Source: Tubulanus polymorphus (taxonomy: Eukaryota > Animalia > Nemertea). Taken from it: a stretch of 64,000 bases of DNA. Where the stretch lies: positions 16,169,807-16,233,806 of the forward strand of contig NC_134031.1 of NCBI RefSeq assembly GCF_964204645.1, read 5' to 3'. The notes under the pieces are model-generated. The model was not told where the DNA came from. It searched no databases and worked only from the letters and a program-made list of their open reading frames with translations. Position 1 is the stretch's first letter. Each line of letters starts with the position of its first letter. The position numbers and the translations under genes were made by a program. Shown piece after piece: positions 50,394 to 62,916 of the stretch.

Positions 50394-53319
50394 ATGAATT
50401 TCCATCTTTTGCGAGTTTTCTTGGTCAGTTTGCTCGTTTCGACGATTCGATGTAAGAAAGATTCTAAGAAAAGTCAGAATTTTGGAGCCTTACCAAATTC
50501 TGCGATACGCGGTCCGTATTTGGCCGAATACGGGAAAATCACGCAGATGGAATGCGCAAAAAGATGTATGAATAACAAAGATTGTACATCATTTAACTTT
50601 AATGATACTTTGTGTCAGTTGAGTTTTCATTTACCGTGTGAAGCAGCGGATTTAGATGCAGCAGATGGAACTGTTTTTCAATACACAGTAAGTACATCAT
50701 ATTATTACGCTTGACGGTGGCGAGAAAATTTGTCACGCTATGATCCTCTTAGATCACAACAGTGGTTAAATTCGGCACATGTAATGGGGGAAAATGGGAC
50801 ACCTAAGGGCATAACACTGGCGAAAATCACACACAAACTGGACCCAGTTCCACAGTTCTGAGTTAGAGTTAATTTTGAGTTAAAATCAGTTTATTTTCAT
50901 TGTGTTAACTTTAGAGTTAGATCTAAACTCAGAACTGTGGGACTGTGTCCTGTTGAATATGTAACTTTAAAACAATCAAGTATTAGATTGTTTTGCGTTC
51001 TGCAGGGGGGCCGAGGGGGGGGGGTATTTTCTGGTTTGATCAACAATTTTCGGACGTTTAAAATGAAGCGCATATTTTACCACGTTTTGGATAAATAGAT
51101 GAACCGATAGTTCATTATTACATTAGTATTGATAACTGCTAAGAAAAATGTGTTTCATTGCCACGGCTGACCTTATTTATGAAAACAATCCATGGCTTCA
51201 TTGCCACGGCTGACCTTACTTATGAAAACAATCTATGGCCGAATGGAGCATGGATTTGTTAAAGGACGTGATAAGAATATGGACCTCTTTTTCGAGTGAT
51301 AAGCTACAAAACTCGAAACGGCTAGAGTATCAATAAAGATAAGATAAATCAATTAGAAATAATTTGAATGATATGAAAATTCAATGAAATTTTTTCGTAT
51401 CTGCATGAGATAATCAGAATCTACATTGTCCCAGAATATATCAGTAACGCTTGTCGATAAGAATAAATATGTGATGGTATATTTTTCAGTGCAATGGTAA
51501 CAAGCACTGCATGCGATATGGTAAGTGATGAAAATTTAGTGCAATATTTTAGCTGCCGTAACAAGTAACAAGTGCCGTAATTTAGTGCATTTTAGCTGCC
51601 GTAACAATTGTGTATGGAATTTAGATTGGTACCGGTTGACTTTTTATTTCTCGCGCTGCTGATTCAGATTTGAATTTATCGCTCCAGGCGTTTAAGACTT
51701 GTTAGAACACCGAAATTCAAACGGGGGTGCCAGCGACCCCAATTTGGCTTAACGATTTTATAGATATGTCTAGATCTGTTGTAGCTTCAATAGTCTGGTA
51801 CTATTTCCGTTGAAAATGATTTTTTAAACGTAATTTGACAGTTTTTGTCAAATAGAAAATGCATATGATGGATTTATTTAGAAAATCATCGTGATCGAGG
51901 TTTGTTGCGCATCATTACTGGCAGTCCATATTCTTTTTCAGATATCCGCCTGTTTCCAAATCGTTGCAAACATTTGGTCGCTAACGGTATCAAGGTCGAT
52001 GGAAATTATCAACTTTTTCTAAATTGCATCTATAGAAGAGGCGTCACCATTTATTGTCATAATATGTCATCGGAAGAGGGACCCAAAGAATACATATCCT
52101 TTTATCGTGAAAACGAAGGGCAAAACTACGCGATAATATCGAAACCGCATTATTCCGCAAATACATCGGCGTACGATCTGTATTCTGAAACCTATTTCAG
52201 AAAATGTCGTATCGATCTAGACGTAAGTACATGCACAATTAATTTTCTTTCGTGGTTTAATGAAAATTTTTACGGCGAATTCGAAGCGCTTTCAACTAAC
52301 GCACAAAATTAGTATTTGCGAAAAACACGTGGAAACGGACTGAAATGAAAGAAGTATATTTCAGTTTCAGGTAAATAACTGGACGATATAGATATTTGAA
52401 AGTATTTCGTAAAAGAAAACGAATATTATATTATATATATAGAGAAACGAACATGATCAAATATGTATAAGGGAAAAAGACAGACTCTGCTACTTGAGCA
52501 CGCCGCTAACATGTAAATGATTTTCATGGAAGTGTTATTTCTTTCAGCGAAGTGTAACTTTTTGTAATGTACCCACGCATATGTCGTGTACTTTCTTCTA
52601 CAGACACTCGAAGTTGTAACAGACGATTTCACATTCGCAAATACGTCAAATCGGTTACCAGTTCGTCCAGCCAATTGGAAACCAGTAAATTACGGGGAAG
52701 CTGGATCATGCAGCAGCACTGAGGGTGTTATTCGTATATCTGTGTATGGGACAGTTTGGCGTGTAGATAAATCTGTAAGTGTCTCATTATTATCGGTGTG
52801 GGATGAATCGAATCCATACAGAAAATTCATAGCGAAGGGTCGAATCAACAGATATTTTATCAGGTTTTTTATGCAGTAAAAACCGTTACAATAATGTTTA
52901 TATACATTGAGGGGTTCTGTGTGAGTCGATGTGCAGTACGTCATCAATATAAGCGTATCAAAACTTAAAACCTTATAATGGATACATTTTGATTATTATT
53001 TTTGAAAGGATGTGTACTACGTCATCAATACATCGGGGCTAGACTGGTAGCCGGTCAATTCACTTCTATCATCGATATATTCAAATCCAAAATAACTTTT
53101 TATCATCAGTTATTTTTCTTGTTTCAGGTTGACTGGGTGGCTGAAGGAATCAACGCTAACATTACTTTCAAAGATATACCAGCATCGCGCAATAACATAA
53201 CTATTAGATGCGTTGGGTATTGCGGAAGCTGTCGACCGAACGGCCCTTTGAAACTTGCCTATAATGGAATAATTGATCTTAAACCAAGATTGATCAGAAA
53301 GAACCGAACTGCTGATTAA
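50394..53319 (+). CDS. PAN-GON gene F (intact): exons 50394-50687, 51490-51520, 51942-52222, 52604-52774, 53128-53319
   Basis: Same exon and phase structure as gene A; microexon CNGNKHCMRY. Confidence 0.85.
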
Positions 53320-53819
53320 TGCTGAGTCATCAAGGCTACGAAATCATTTGTTCAGTTGTAAACAGTTTGAAGACAGTTCGCTACCAATTCATGTGTTTTC
53401 GAGCTAACGACTGGTAGACCGTGATGTACAGCGACATATCTATTGTAACCGATCACAGAAATAGGCTTTTTGCTTATTGTTTTATTATGCCGTATGGATT
53501 TATATTCAACATAACTTGAGTATTATTATCATTATCATATTAGCATCAACATTTGGGGTAAACCAAACTATGACCTACCGAATACTTCCGCTGATCGATG
53601 TATGACTTTTCTTTGAAATAAATACACAGTTCGTATTATCATTGCATCAACATTTAATTCGAGTCATTGGTCCCCTTGGCCTCAATTCGGATAAATATTG
53701 GTTATCCATACCATTTGCAATGTTGATAGTTGTTGGGAAATTATCGAAAAATATACACTCGGTAATTTGAAAGTAACGGACGAGGCGTGCACATCGCGGT
53801 CTCCGTGCAAGAAACCAAA

Positions 53820-56587
53820 ATGAGTGTCCGAATTTTGCCGCGAGTTTTCTTAATAAGTTTGCTATTTTCATCGATACGATCTTCAAAAATCTCCAAGGTG
53901 CACCAAAATTTCGGAGGTTTATCAAATTCTGCGATACGCGGTCCATATTTGGCCGAATATGAGAAAATCACGCAGATGGAATGCGCCAAAAGATGTATGA
54001 ATGACAAAGATTGTTCATCGTTTAATTTCAATGATACTTTGTGTCAGTTGAGTTTTCATTTGCCGTATGAAGCAGCGGATTTAGATACAGCAGATGGAAC
54101 TGTCTTTCAATATAAAGTAAGTAGTATAATCTCACGCACGTAAGAGATATACAAATCATATTTTTAAGACACCTTTTTCACTCAGTTACCCTGTCCTGGG
54201 ATGACTGTCATGTGCAACGTATTAGGCCTACTTTCTAAATAATAAATGGCCTAGACTATTCTTCGATTTTCTTGCTATCTTTTGATTTCGATCCTGATTA
54301 AATTTTGCTACGGAATTTGACATTTACATTAATAATTTTTTTCATATTCAAATTGTGGTGGCTATTCCACTTTTCTATCGTAATACGCGATAAACTGGCC
54401 AAGAATCGTCTTTCTATTTCGAATGAAACTACATGTAGCTAGCTTGAAAAATGACGTTTAGTTTGTTCTACCGACTACAAAGTCCTTAAGAAATGAAATA
54501 TTCATTATTATCAATAAATACACAAACACCGTTACAATAACGTTTATTTGTCTATGAATATCTCAATAATCGGGTATACAATATCACATATTCTTTTTTC
54601 TGGCTACAAACTTTTTCAACCTAAATATTGCTCTTTCGCTTTATTTTTCTATCATATGCTGATTGAATTACAATCGAATATATCGTGAAACCACAGGGGC
54701 CTGGTGCAAAAATATGGTTCACCCTTGTTTCCGAGGTATACATTATTAAACCTAGGAAACTGGGGTCAAAATAATATGCGCCAGGCCCCTGAGCGTCAAA
54801 CATAAAATTGTAGAATGTAGATCTGATGTTAAGTCGGTTTTTTTTCAGTGTGCGGATGATGTTAAGTATTGTAGAAAATATGGTAGGTATACATGTATCG
54901 TATGGCACACTTGAATATCCATATCGCCGATATTTTCACGGATGACAAATGATATTTGTATCTGCGATGAAATATTTATGGTAACTTATACAACCAGGGG
55001 CGGATAGGTTTCTGAGTACCGCACGCTCAGCTACGGAAATGGAAAATTCTGAATTCTAGCGCTCCGGCGAGATGCAATCTGCGCACATTCGGGCCATCAA
55101 ATCTATCCTTCTATATGCATCCACAGAATATGGCATTTTGACGGAAGAATGTTCGTTAAAGAAACATGAACAGTTTATTATTTTCGATTTTTCAAATTGA
55201 CAATTTCAATAACTTTTACCAGAGCTTGAAAAATAGAAGGGAACTTCTACAATCCTGAGTACCGCTCAAGCTATAGTAGCGGTTGTAGCGGTAGGCTGGA
55301 TCCGCCTCTACAACACGAAATGTTACATTCCGAGCAAAAAAATCTAAATCGAATCCAATTCCTAAAAAAAGTATCCATGTGTTATCCCTTAGCCCTCGCA
55401 TGTCGACGAAAGGAATTTATTACTGAACGAATCCGTATTTCAGATATTCGCCTGTTTCCAAATCGTTGCGAACATATCGTCGCAAATGGTATCAATGCGG
55501 ATGGCAATTATCGGCTTTATTTGAACAGTATATTCGATGTTGGCGTCTTTGTTTATTGTTATAACATGTCGTCGCAAGAAGGTCCTAAAGCATATTTGAA
55601 TCTTAACTGGGGAAGAGACAAAGGCGAAAACTACGCGATGATATCGGAACCACATTATTCGCAAAATATATCAACGTACGATTTGTATTCGGTGACTTAT
55701 TTCAGGAGAATCCGCATCAACCTAGACGTGAGTATATATATAAAAAAATCCGGTGCGATGCGAAAACGAGTAAGATGTTGTAGATATCACAATATTTTAT
55801 TAATAACATTATTCCAATTTTCCACATAATGCCTCGGAAGGACAACAGATAAATTTAAAAGGAGTGAAAATGAATGTTATTCAAATGATGGGAGATAATT
55901 AACTGTTATGCAAATCTGAAGATTGAAAATTGAGATGAATATAATTTTTACAAGATTGAAAATCAACACGGACATATAAAACAAATTTATTTGTTCAATT
56001 GAAATATTGTGATGAAAATGCGGAGGACTATTTTTTTTCAATTTGATGATTTTTGCTGGATTCCGGAAGGCCTAAATTTCATAAAATTATGAATGTCGTT
56101 TGTGTAAAAAAATTCCTAACATTTTAACATGATATCTTAGACGTATGAGCTTGCAACGGACGATTTCACGTTCGCGGACACCACCACAAATCGATCAGCC
56201 GTTCGTCCAGCCAATTGGAAACCTGCAAATTACGGCGAAGCTGGATCATGCAGCAGCACTGAGGGCGTTATTCGCATAAGCTTATCAACGACGAGATTGC
56301 ATGTACATAAATCTGTAAGCGACAAATAGAACCAAGTATAGTGTTTTAATGTACCTCTGCTTCATGGGAGCACAAGTAAATTTGATAATATTTTTTTTCA
56401 GGTTGACTGGGTGGCTGAAGGAATCAACGCTACTATAACTTTCAAAGATATATCAACGCGACGCAGTAACATAACTATTAGATGTGTCGGTTATTGCGGA
56501 AGCTGTCGACCGAACGTCCCTTTGAAGCTTACTCGTAATAGGCGACCTAAATATCATAAGAAATTGATTAGAAATACCGGTAACTGA
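53820..56587 (+). CDS. PAN-GON gene G (intact): exons 53820-54116, 54849-54882, 55444-55727, 56141-56314, 56402-56587
   Basis: Same structure; microexon CADDVKYCRKY; frames open through to TGA at 56587. Confidence 0.85.
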
Positions 56588-57053
56588 ACATTTTCCAGCA
56601 GTTCTGCGGACGAGACTTCGATATATCCCGACTCTTCTGGAATAAACGCCGTTACAGTTGCGCATATGATAGAACTTTTGAGTGATCAGTTTGTCGAGGT
56701 AATATACTATAATATATCAACTTTATTTTCCCTCGAATTACAACACGATTAAGCATACAAAATTAATAGAATACAAGGGTACTGTTTTATATAAGTGTCA
56801 TCATGGACTCATGGACTAGGGTGATATTCATGTTGTAATAAAAGGGCAGGGTCTTGGAGAAGTAAAATAATGCTTATGTAAAGAACGCCCCTTACATCCA
56901 TACCACACTGGATAGACTTACATCCATAATCACTCTAAGGATAGACATCCAAGGCGCTGATCCAGAGAATGAACCTTGCACTATAGAGTACCTCAAATTT
57001 CTTGAGTAATACCCTTTTCTGAATGAACTCTTTAACTTCTTACTGCCTTACTA

Positions 57054-57113
57054 CATGATTCAAACCTCTTTTGTATATAATTTAGTTTATATACAAAAGA
57101 GGTTTGAATCATG
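57054..57113. repeat. Perfect 27-bp inverted repeat with a 6-nt loop
   Basis: CATGATTCAAACCTCTTTTGTATATAA-TTTAGT-TTATATACAAAAGAGGTTTGAATCATG. Confidence 0.9.
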
Positions 57114-58304
57114 AAATATCTTTTGTATATCTTGTATAATTAGTAATGTAAGATAGGGAAATGCTGTAAAATTCCTTTCATCCATCCACGCGCTATGTCA
57201 AATGCAACGCCATAATGGCTAATACGCCTCCAAAAATACCTTGCTGTAACTAAATCAACAACAAGAACTCGCAGTTCATTTCTGTAAAATTTATTTTGAT
57301 TTATACATAATATCATATTCATATGTACACATCTATAGCAGATAAAACCGAGCCACCATAAGCAAGGAATTCGAGGTGACAAAACATTGAGTAAAAACTA
57401 ACTGAAGCGAATTCTGCAGACTTGACTTGCAGTTATTTCAACATCTTTTGAGTCATATTCAATACATATCACTAGTTAATATAATTCAATTATCTTTTGC
57501 ATTACATAGAAATTGTATCGCACAATATTCACTATTTAACTTAAATATAAATTAATGAACCTCCTTTTTAATTGCACTTATTTTCGTCATCTTTTTTTAT
57601 CGAAAAAAAAAACCACACAACAGCACAAGAAAATATCCAATCACCAGCAATAGAAGATAACAAAATCTGTAATAAAATCTATAATCGTCGAGTCAATTCT
57701 TAAGATTTTCATAACATATTCTCGGTCAAATCCCGGTTCGGATAAACGTCGCGTCAAAAACAAAAACTAATTTACAAACTAGCCATCTTAAGTCCACAGC
57801 CTTCACACCCAGCATGAATTCAATAATCACAAAAATATTTTCGATAACAACAGTTTCTTCGCGCTCATTCACTAACTTCTAAATTAGAGACAATTGAATA
57901 AACATGGCCGAACTGGATCGAAAAATACAACCAAAAATCAACTTAATGTATGATATTATCATTACATGACATGTAAGTTTCACGAAATTATCAAGTTTCA
58001 AGTTTTTATCATGTTAACGTTCATATTGTAAATGCAAGCATTGCCGTTCGGAAATAAAATTTTACTGCTGAATTGTCTATCTCCGCACACTTTTTGGGTA
58101 CGCAATTGCAAGGCTTTTCAGTGATCGAGACCGATCGAGAGGAATCAATAAATGACCGGCAACAGAGTATCCGCGATACCGCCATACTCGTCGCGTACTT
58201 ATTCTCAAACGACAATCTCCGATGGTGATATCGCTGATCAATCGTTTCCGTCGGAAACAAAAACTGAATTATCGTAGCGATCGTAGTCGTTCCGGAAAGT
58301 GGAC

Positions 58305-61300
58305 TTAAAACCACCAGAATCGTATATACAGGAAGAATATCACGATGATGACGGCGGCGGCGCCGACTTTCGCGTACATCGAGCGCAGGTTTAGATATTT
58401 CGCGTCCTGGCGATATTTCTGCGATAGCGTTGACAACGAACTCGCTTTATCGTCCAAAACTGAAATGAGATGAAAATCCGTGAATTTGCGAAAGACTTGC
58501 CTTCACTATCAACAGGGTTACATCGGACTGAGGATGACAACTAAAAATCGGGAACTGCTTCAATATCAATAGGGTTAGAATTACCAATATACGCAAGTAT
58601 CAACTAACACTTGAGGCCAGTTTAACGAACTGCTAAAACCTTTGACCCGGGGGCTTACTCAATTGATAATGAGCTAGCCCCCGGGTTATAGTTGAATAAT
58701 TTGTTACACGGACATTTCAGAAAGAAAGCTTCCACCAATAAACCAATTTGAAATTTTAAAAAATAAATCTCTGAAGACAGGTAGAAGCAATCTATCTAAG
58801 GCACCATGTAACAGAATTTATTGTGGGTCTTTTTTATGAAGAGCGATACATGTATATGCCATAAAGAAAGGGTTGTTGTAGTAAATGTTTATTGTAAGCT
58901 AGTAAAACATACGTACCTGAAAGGTTTTCCCCCCTCTGAAGCACATCGTCTAAGTTTTGTACCATAATTCTCTGCACGTCTTGCAGTTCAGTGTTTAAAG
59001 CGCTCAAATTCCGTCGAGCTCGAGAATCTAAATACGATTTCTTTGCTTTCTGAATGTATGTGTCTTAAAAGAGAAAATGACAAGTTAAATCAATATTGAC
59101 CTGGTAACATATCTGTGGAATTTAGCTCTCTACATAGGATAGGCCTATCCTTCCGTGGAGAAAACTAACTAAAATGTACACTAAAACTTGTTGCGTAAGT
59201 CAGGAAAATTGGGACCGACAGAATGTGTCCGACTTAGGAACATTCTGGAGTACTGGTAAGTCAGATTTAGGGACATTTAATGAAGAAACCATTTGACTTA
59301 GCTTTCTACATAGGATAACCTTCCGGGGGGAAAACTAACCAGCCAACTACATGATAGTTTGAATTGTTGTCCTCATTGAAAACATGAAGTAACCAATAGC
59401 AATTACACTAAAAATTTGAGTTTTACATTTTTGTGTCACCGAGCCCTGGCCGACTTTTTAACTTTTGGGTATCAAATATTTTGTCTGGCTTAGACCGAGT
59501 ATCCGATTTAAAAAATCCGTTTTAAAGAGAGATTTTGATGATTGAACTGGAAAATTCCCGACCTGGAAATTCCTTACAACCGGTCTGATTTTCCGACTTA
59601 TGCAGTGTTTTAATGCACGAGTAAATACGGATGAAACTATTTACCGAACTCTATGAAACTGTAAGGTCTCGATACTGTATCTACCCTCTGACCGTACTGT
59701 TGAGTGAACTCATTCTGTAAATCTTCTAAGTATGAAAACGCGAGACGTTTGGAAAAACTTTGTTCGCACAAAACCAAGAACACGACGCCTCTTTCGATCA
59801 GATAACTGAAATTGAGTAGAACAGAAATAGTTTTTGGGAGTTAATGTTACTCATTAGGTTAAGACAGCCACCTTTCAGCGGCGCAGCTACCGGTGCGGTT
59901 GGTCCGACATATGACGGACCAATAATTACCAAAGTGGTACTTCTGATTCGTTCAAATTTGCATTAAAAAATTTGGAGGGGGGTTTAGTTTAGGTTTCGAT
60001 TTTTCTCGAAGTCACAGTCCCGTGAACTGCATCGGGGCAAGAAATCATTTTCGCATTGCCTGATCGCGGCATTTCATCATTTATCGCATCTGGCAATGGA
60101 ATGCTCGTGAGCAAGGGGAAGGTTGTTGTTTTCTAGGGATTCGAATCTAACTGATCTCACTTTATGTATCTATGATTTGGATATTGTCAGAGCCATCCTT
60201 TTCATTGACTCCAGACATAAACAACAAACGATCGACCGCGTGTGGCAGCAGTCTAGTCTTATTTTGTCATTAGTCAATGCATGCTGGAAAATGGGCCTCA
60301 GATGCCCCAAGAACCCCTTGAAATTTCAAAAAGGACCCCCAAACCCCCCTTAAGGGCTTTGCACCTTCGGTGCTCGCGACCGCTGGCCTAGCATGTCGGA
60401 CCAATAATTATTTGTTTGCTACTCCTCTGCCTTTCTGCTATGTTGTGCTAGTGTTATTTCAGATGAGGGTTATGGCTAGTTAATTTGCAGAAGCCCCTTG
60501 GTGACATACAAGATAATCTTTTCACAATTCTGACTTATTATGTCGAACATGAAATTTGACTTATTTTTATGTAGAAATTCCAGTTATTATGTCGAATTTC
60601 GAGATAATAAGTCTACATGAAAATAACACAAAATTCGACATAATTTACTCGAAATTCGACTTATTATGTCAAATTTCAAGATAATAAGTCGAAATTTGAC
60701 ATAATAAGTCGAAACTGTGAAAACATTATCTCGTATGTCACCTAGGGGCTTCCGTACTAATTACCTAATCGTGACGTTGGAGGCCAGTTTTTATTATCGG
60801 ATAAGCTCATGCGTTATCTCAAATATCCGATTGTGAAACTAAAATCCACAGACAGGTTACTGACTAGCTTTGGCTAGGCTTGGGACATTACCATAAGGGA
60901 CACCTGGTTAGTACCTAATGATATTGGTGGTAAGCTTTTATAATCGCATGGGCTTATACCAACCGGTGAAAATATCCGATCGTGAAACTAAACCACAGAC
61001 AGGTTACTGACAAAGGGACACCTAAATCGCTTATTTGCGCTACGTAAGAATGATACTTACTGGAATAAATATGTGCCCGATTGTAACGTACATCTCTGTG
61101 GAGACTGGTTGTTTATCTTTTTAAATAGTTGCTTCGCTTGGTTTTGATATTCCATTAAACTGCGACCGGTCTGAAAATACAAAATAGTTCAGGTGGTCAG
61201 GTGTAGGCCTACTTAGTGACTTAATCATTGGTATTACTGTTATAGCTTTAACAGTCTGATTCAACTGTGATGGTTCATATAGGCCTACACTGTTTGTGAA

Positions 61301-62916
61301 ATATCCGAATTTGAAACAAGTAGACCTACAGTCCCAGACAATCCGGTTAGGCCCCTATTGACTAAAACTGCAGTCCATAGATTCACCAAGTCCTGGAGCG
61401 TGTGTATGCATTACTGCGCAAAACTTGTACGCCTAAACCACCTGTTGTAACATAAGTCTGAAATCACGACGTTAGGTCTAACTGCAGTTTAAGTCACCAC
61501 CCTTTCCACTATGTGGCACTAGTATGTGTTATTAAAGATTATGGTTGGGTTTAGTTAGTTACCTAATCGTTGGTGGTAAGCTTTTTATAATCGGATGGGC
61601 TTATACCAACGTTAGGGATGACAAGGGCCAAAACTCGGTTGAAAAAAGTAACACTTCAAAAATATACTTTCTATTCACTTCAGTCCATAATTAATGGCTT
61701 AATTCACAAACTAACACAGGTACCTTTCGAAATAATCCAATTTTATGTATGTTTCGAGTGATTAATCAACATTATTTTGAGAAATTAATTTCTCAGCAAA
61801 TTTCGCCATTAGCCGCCATTTCTCTGTATTACACATGTGACATGATAAGACAAGGGGACCTACAAGGATTTTTATAAAACTTCCAAGACGAAACGACAAT
61901 TTTTATTTTTGATGGTTTTCCAACTAACATTTCAAATCTTCGTGTTTTCCAAGATAAATAATGAAGTAATAAATTTTGGTAAAAGAAAAATGGGAATAAG
62001 TGTTGATTTCTTAATTTTTTCAATTTCGTCGTTTCGCTTCGTGAGTTTGTGCTGTTGTCCTGGCCTCAGTCCACAGGTGCCAGCACCTCCAGTAATTTTC
62101 AAAATGGCAGCTGTTGACTGGACGGAAATTTACTCTCACTTTATGGCCGATTTGCACATGGATTAAGATCGTCAGGTGAGGTGTTATAGGTATCAGACAA
62201 ACTACGAATCTGTTGTGCGTCGATTACAGCAAAAATTAGACGGATATCTTAAGAGACAATGAAATGCCAGGCAAATTACTCGTCAGTCAAATTGGCTGAC
62301 GAAGATTTCATACAAAAATGACCTTCCCATTCCTGACTGTGGTTTGTGAAAATATCCGATCGTGAAACTAAACCACAGACAGGTTACTGACTAGGTTGGG
62401 TTTGGGTTAGGTACATAACCAAAAGTGACACCTAAGTGGCCCTACAACTTTGGGAACAACAACGGCAATGGAAGGCATAACATCAGGCACCAACAAGGTG
62501 AATTCATAGGTCGACAGTCCAATTTAAATTGCAACCAGACATTTACCAAGAACCTTAGTGTCTGGTGTACCACAGTTGGTTACACTAGGATTGTAGAGCA
62601 ACTGAGATCACTGCGCAACCACTGGCTGAATCCGGACAGTCTGAGTCTGGTCATTAACTAAACCATTAAACGTTAAAAACCATCTCAATAAGTAGCCAGC
62701 AGTTCTGTAGTCGGTCTGAATACCAGACGTTGGTACAGTCACCTACTGTTAGAGGAACAACTGCTCGAGCCTAACAGTTCTAGCTGTAGTAACAAGTAAA
62801 CGATTTAAAGACAGACTACATCAGATATACTTGACACTTACTCCTTCATCTTCTTGCATCGATGCAGCTAACGGTAAACCGTCAGCCAGCCGTGCAATCA
62901 TCGTCATCAACACCAT
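58305..62916 (-). CDS. SEC22B: Vesicle-trafficking R-SNARE SEC22B: exons 62916-62842, 61170-61061, 59805-59645, 59063-58917, 58459-58305
   Basis: [43 protein letters not shown]../[84 protein letters not shown], then a TM segment ending RFWWF*. Missed by the ORF track. Confidence 0.96.
60486..60756. mobile_element. Older IS3EU-like MITE in SEC22B intron 2 (..GAAGCCCCT.GGTGACATAC...GTATGTCACCTAGGGGCTTCCGTA)
   Basis: TIRs; right end CTTCCGTA as in the 416-bp family; imperfect 6-bp TSD TTAATT/CTAATT. Confidence 0.65.
62500..62650 (+). repeat. Dispersed repeat fragment shared with about 47380-47540
   Basis: ACCAAGAACCTTAGTGTCTG.TGTACCACAGT..GTTACAC.AGGAT.GTAGAG at both sites. Confidence 0.55.

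Noticed and set aside
24743-56587. A fragmented ADAMTS9/gon-1 gene
   Set aside because: Each unit has its own signal peptide and stop, and there are no HEXXH or thrombospondin exons
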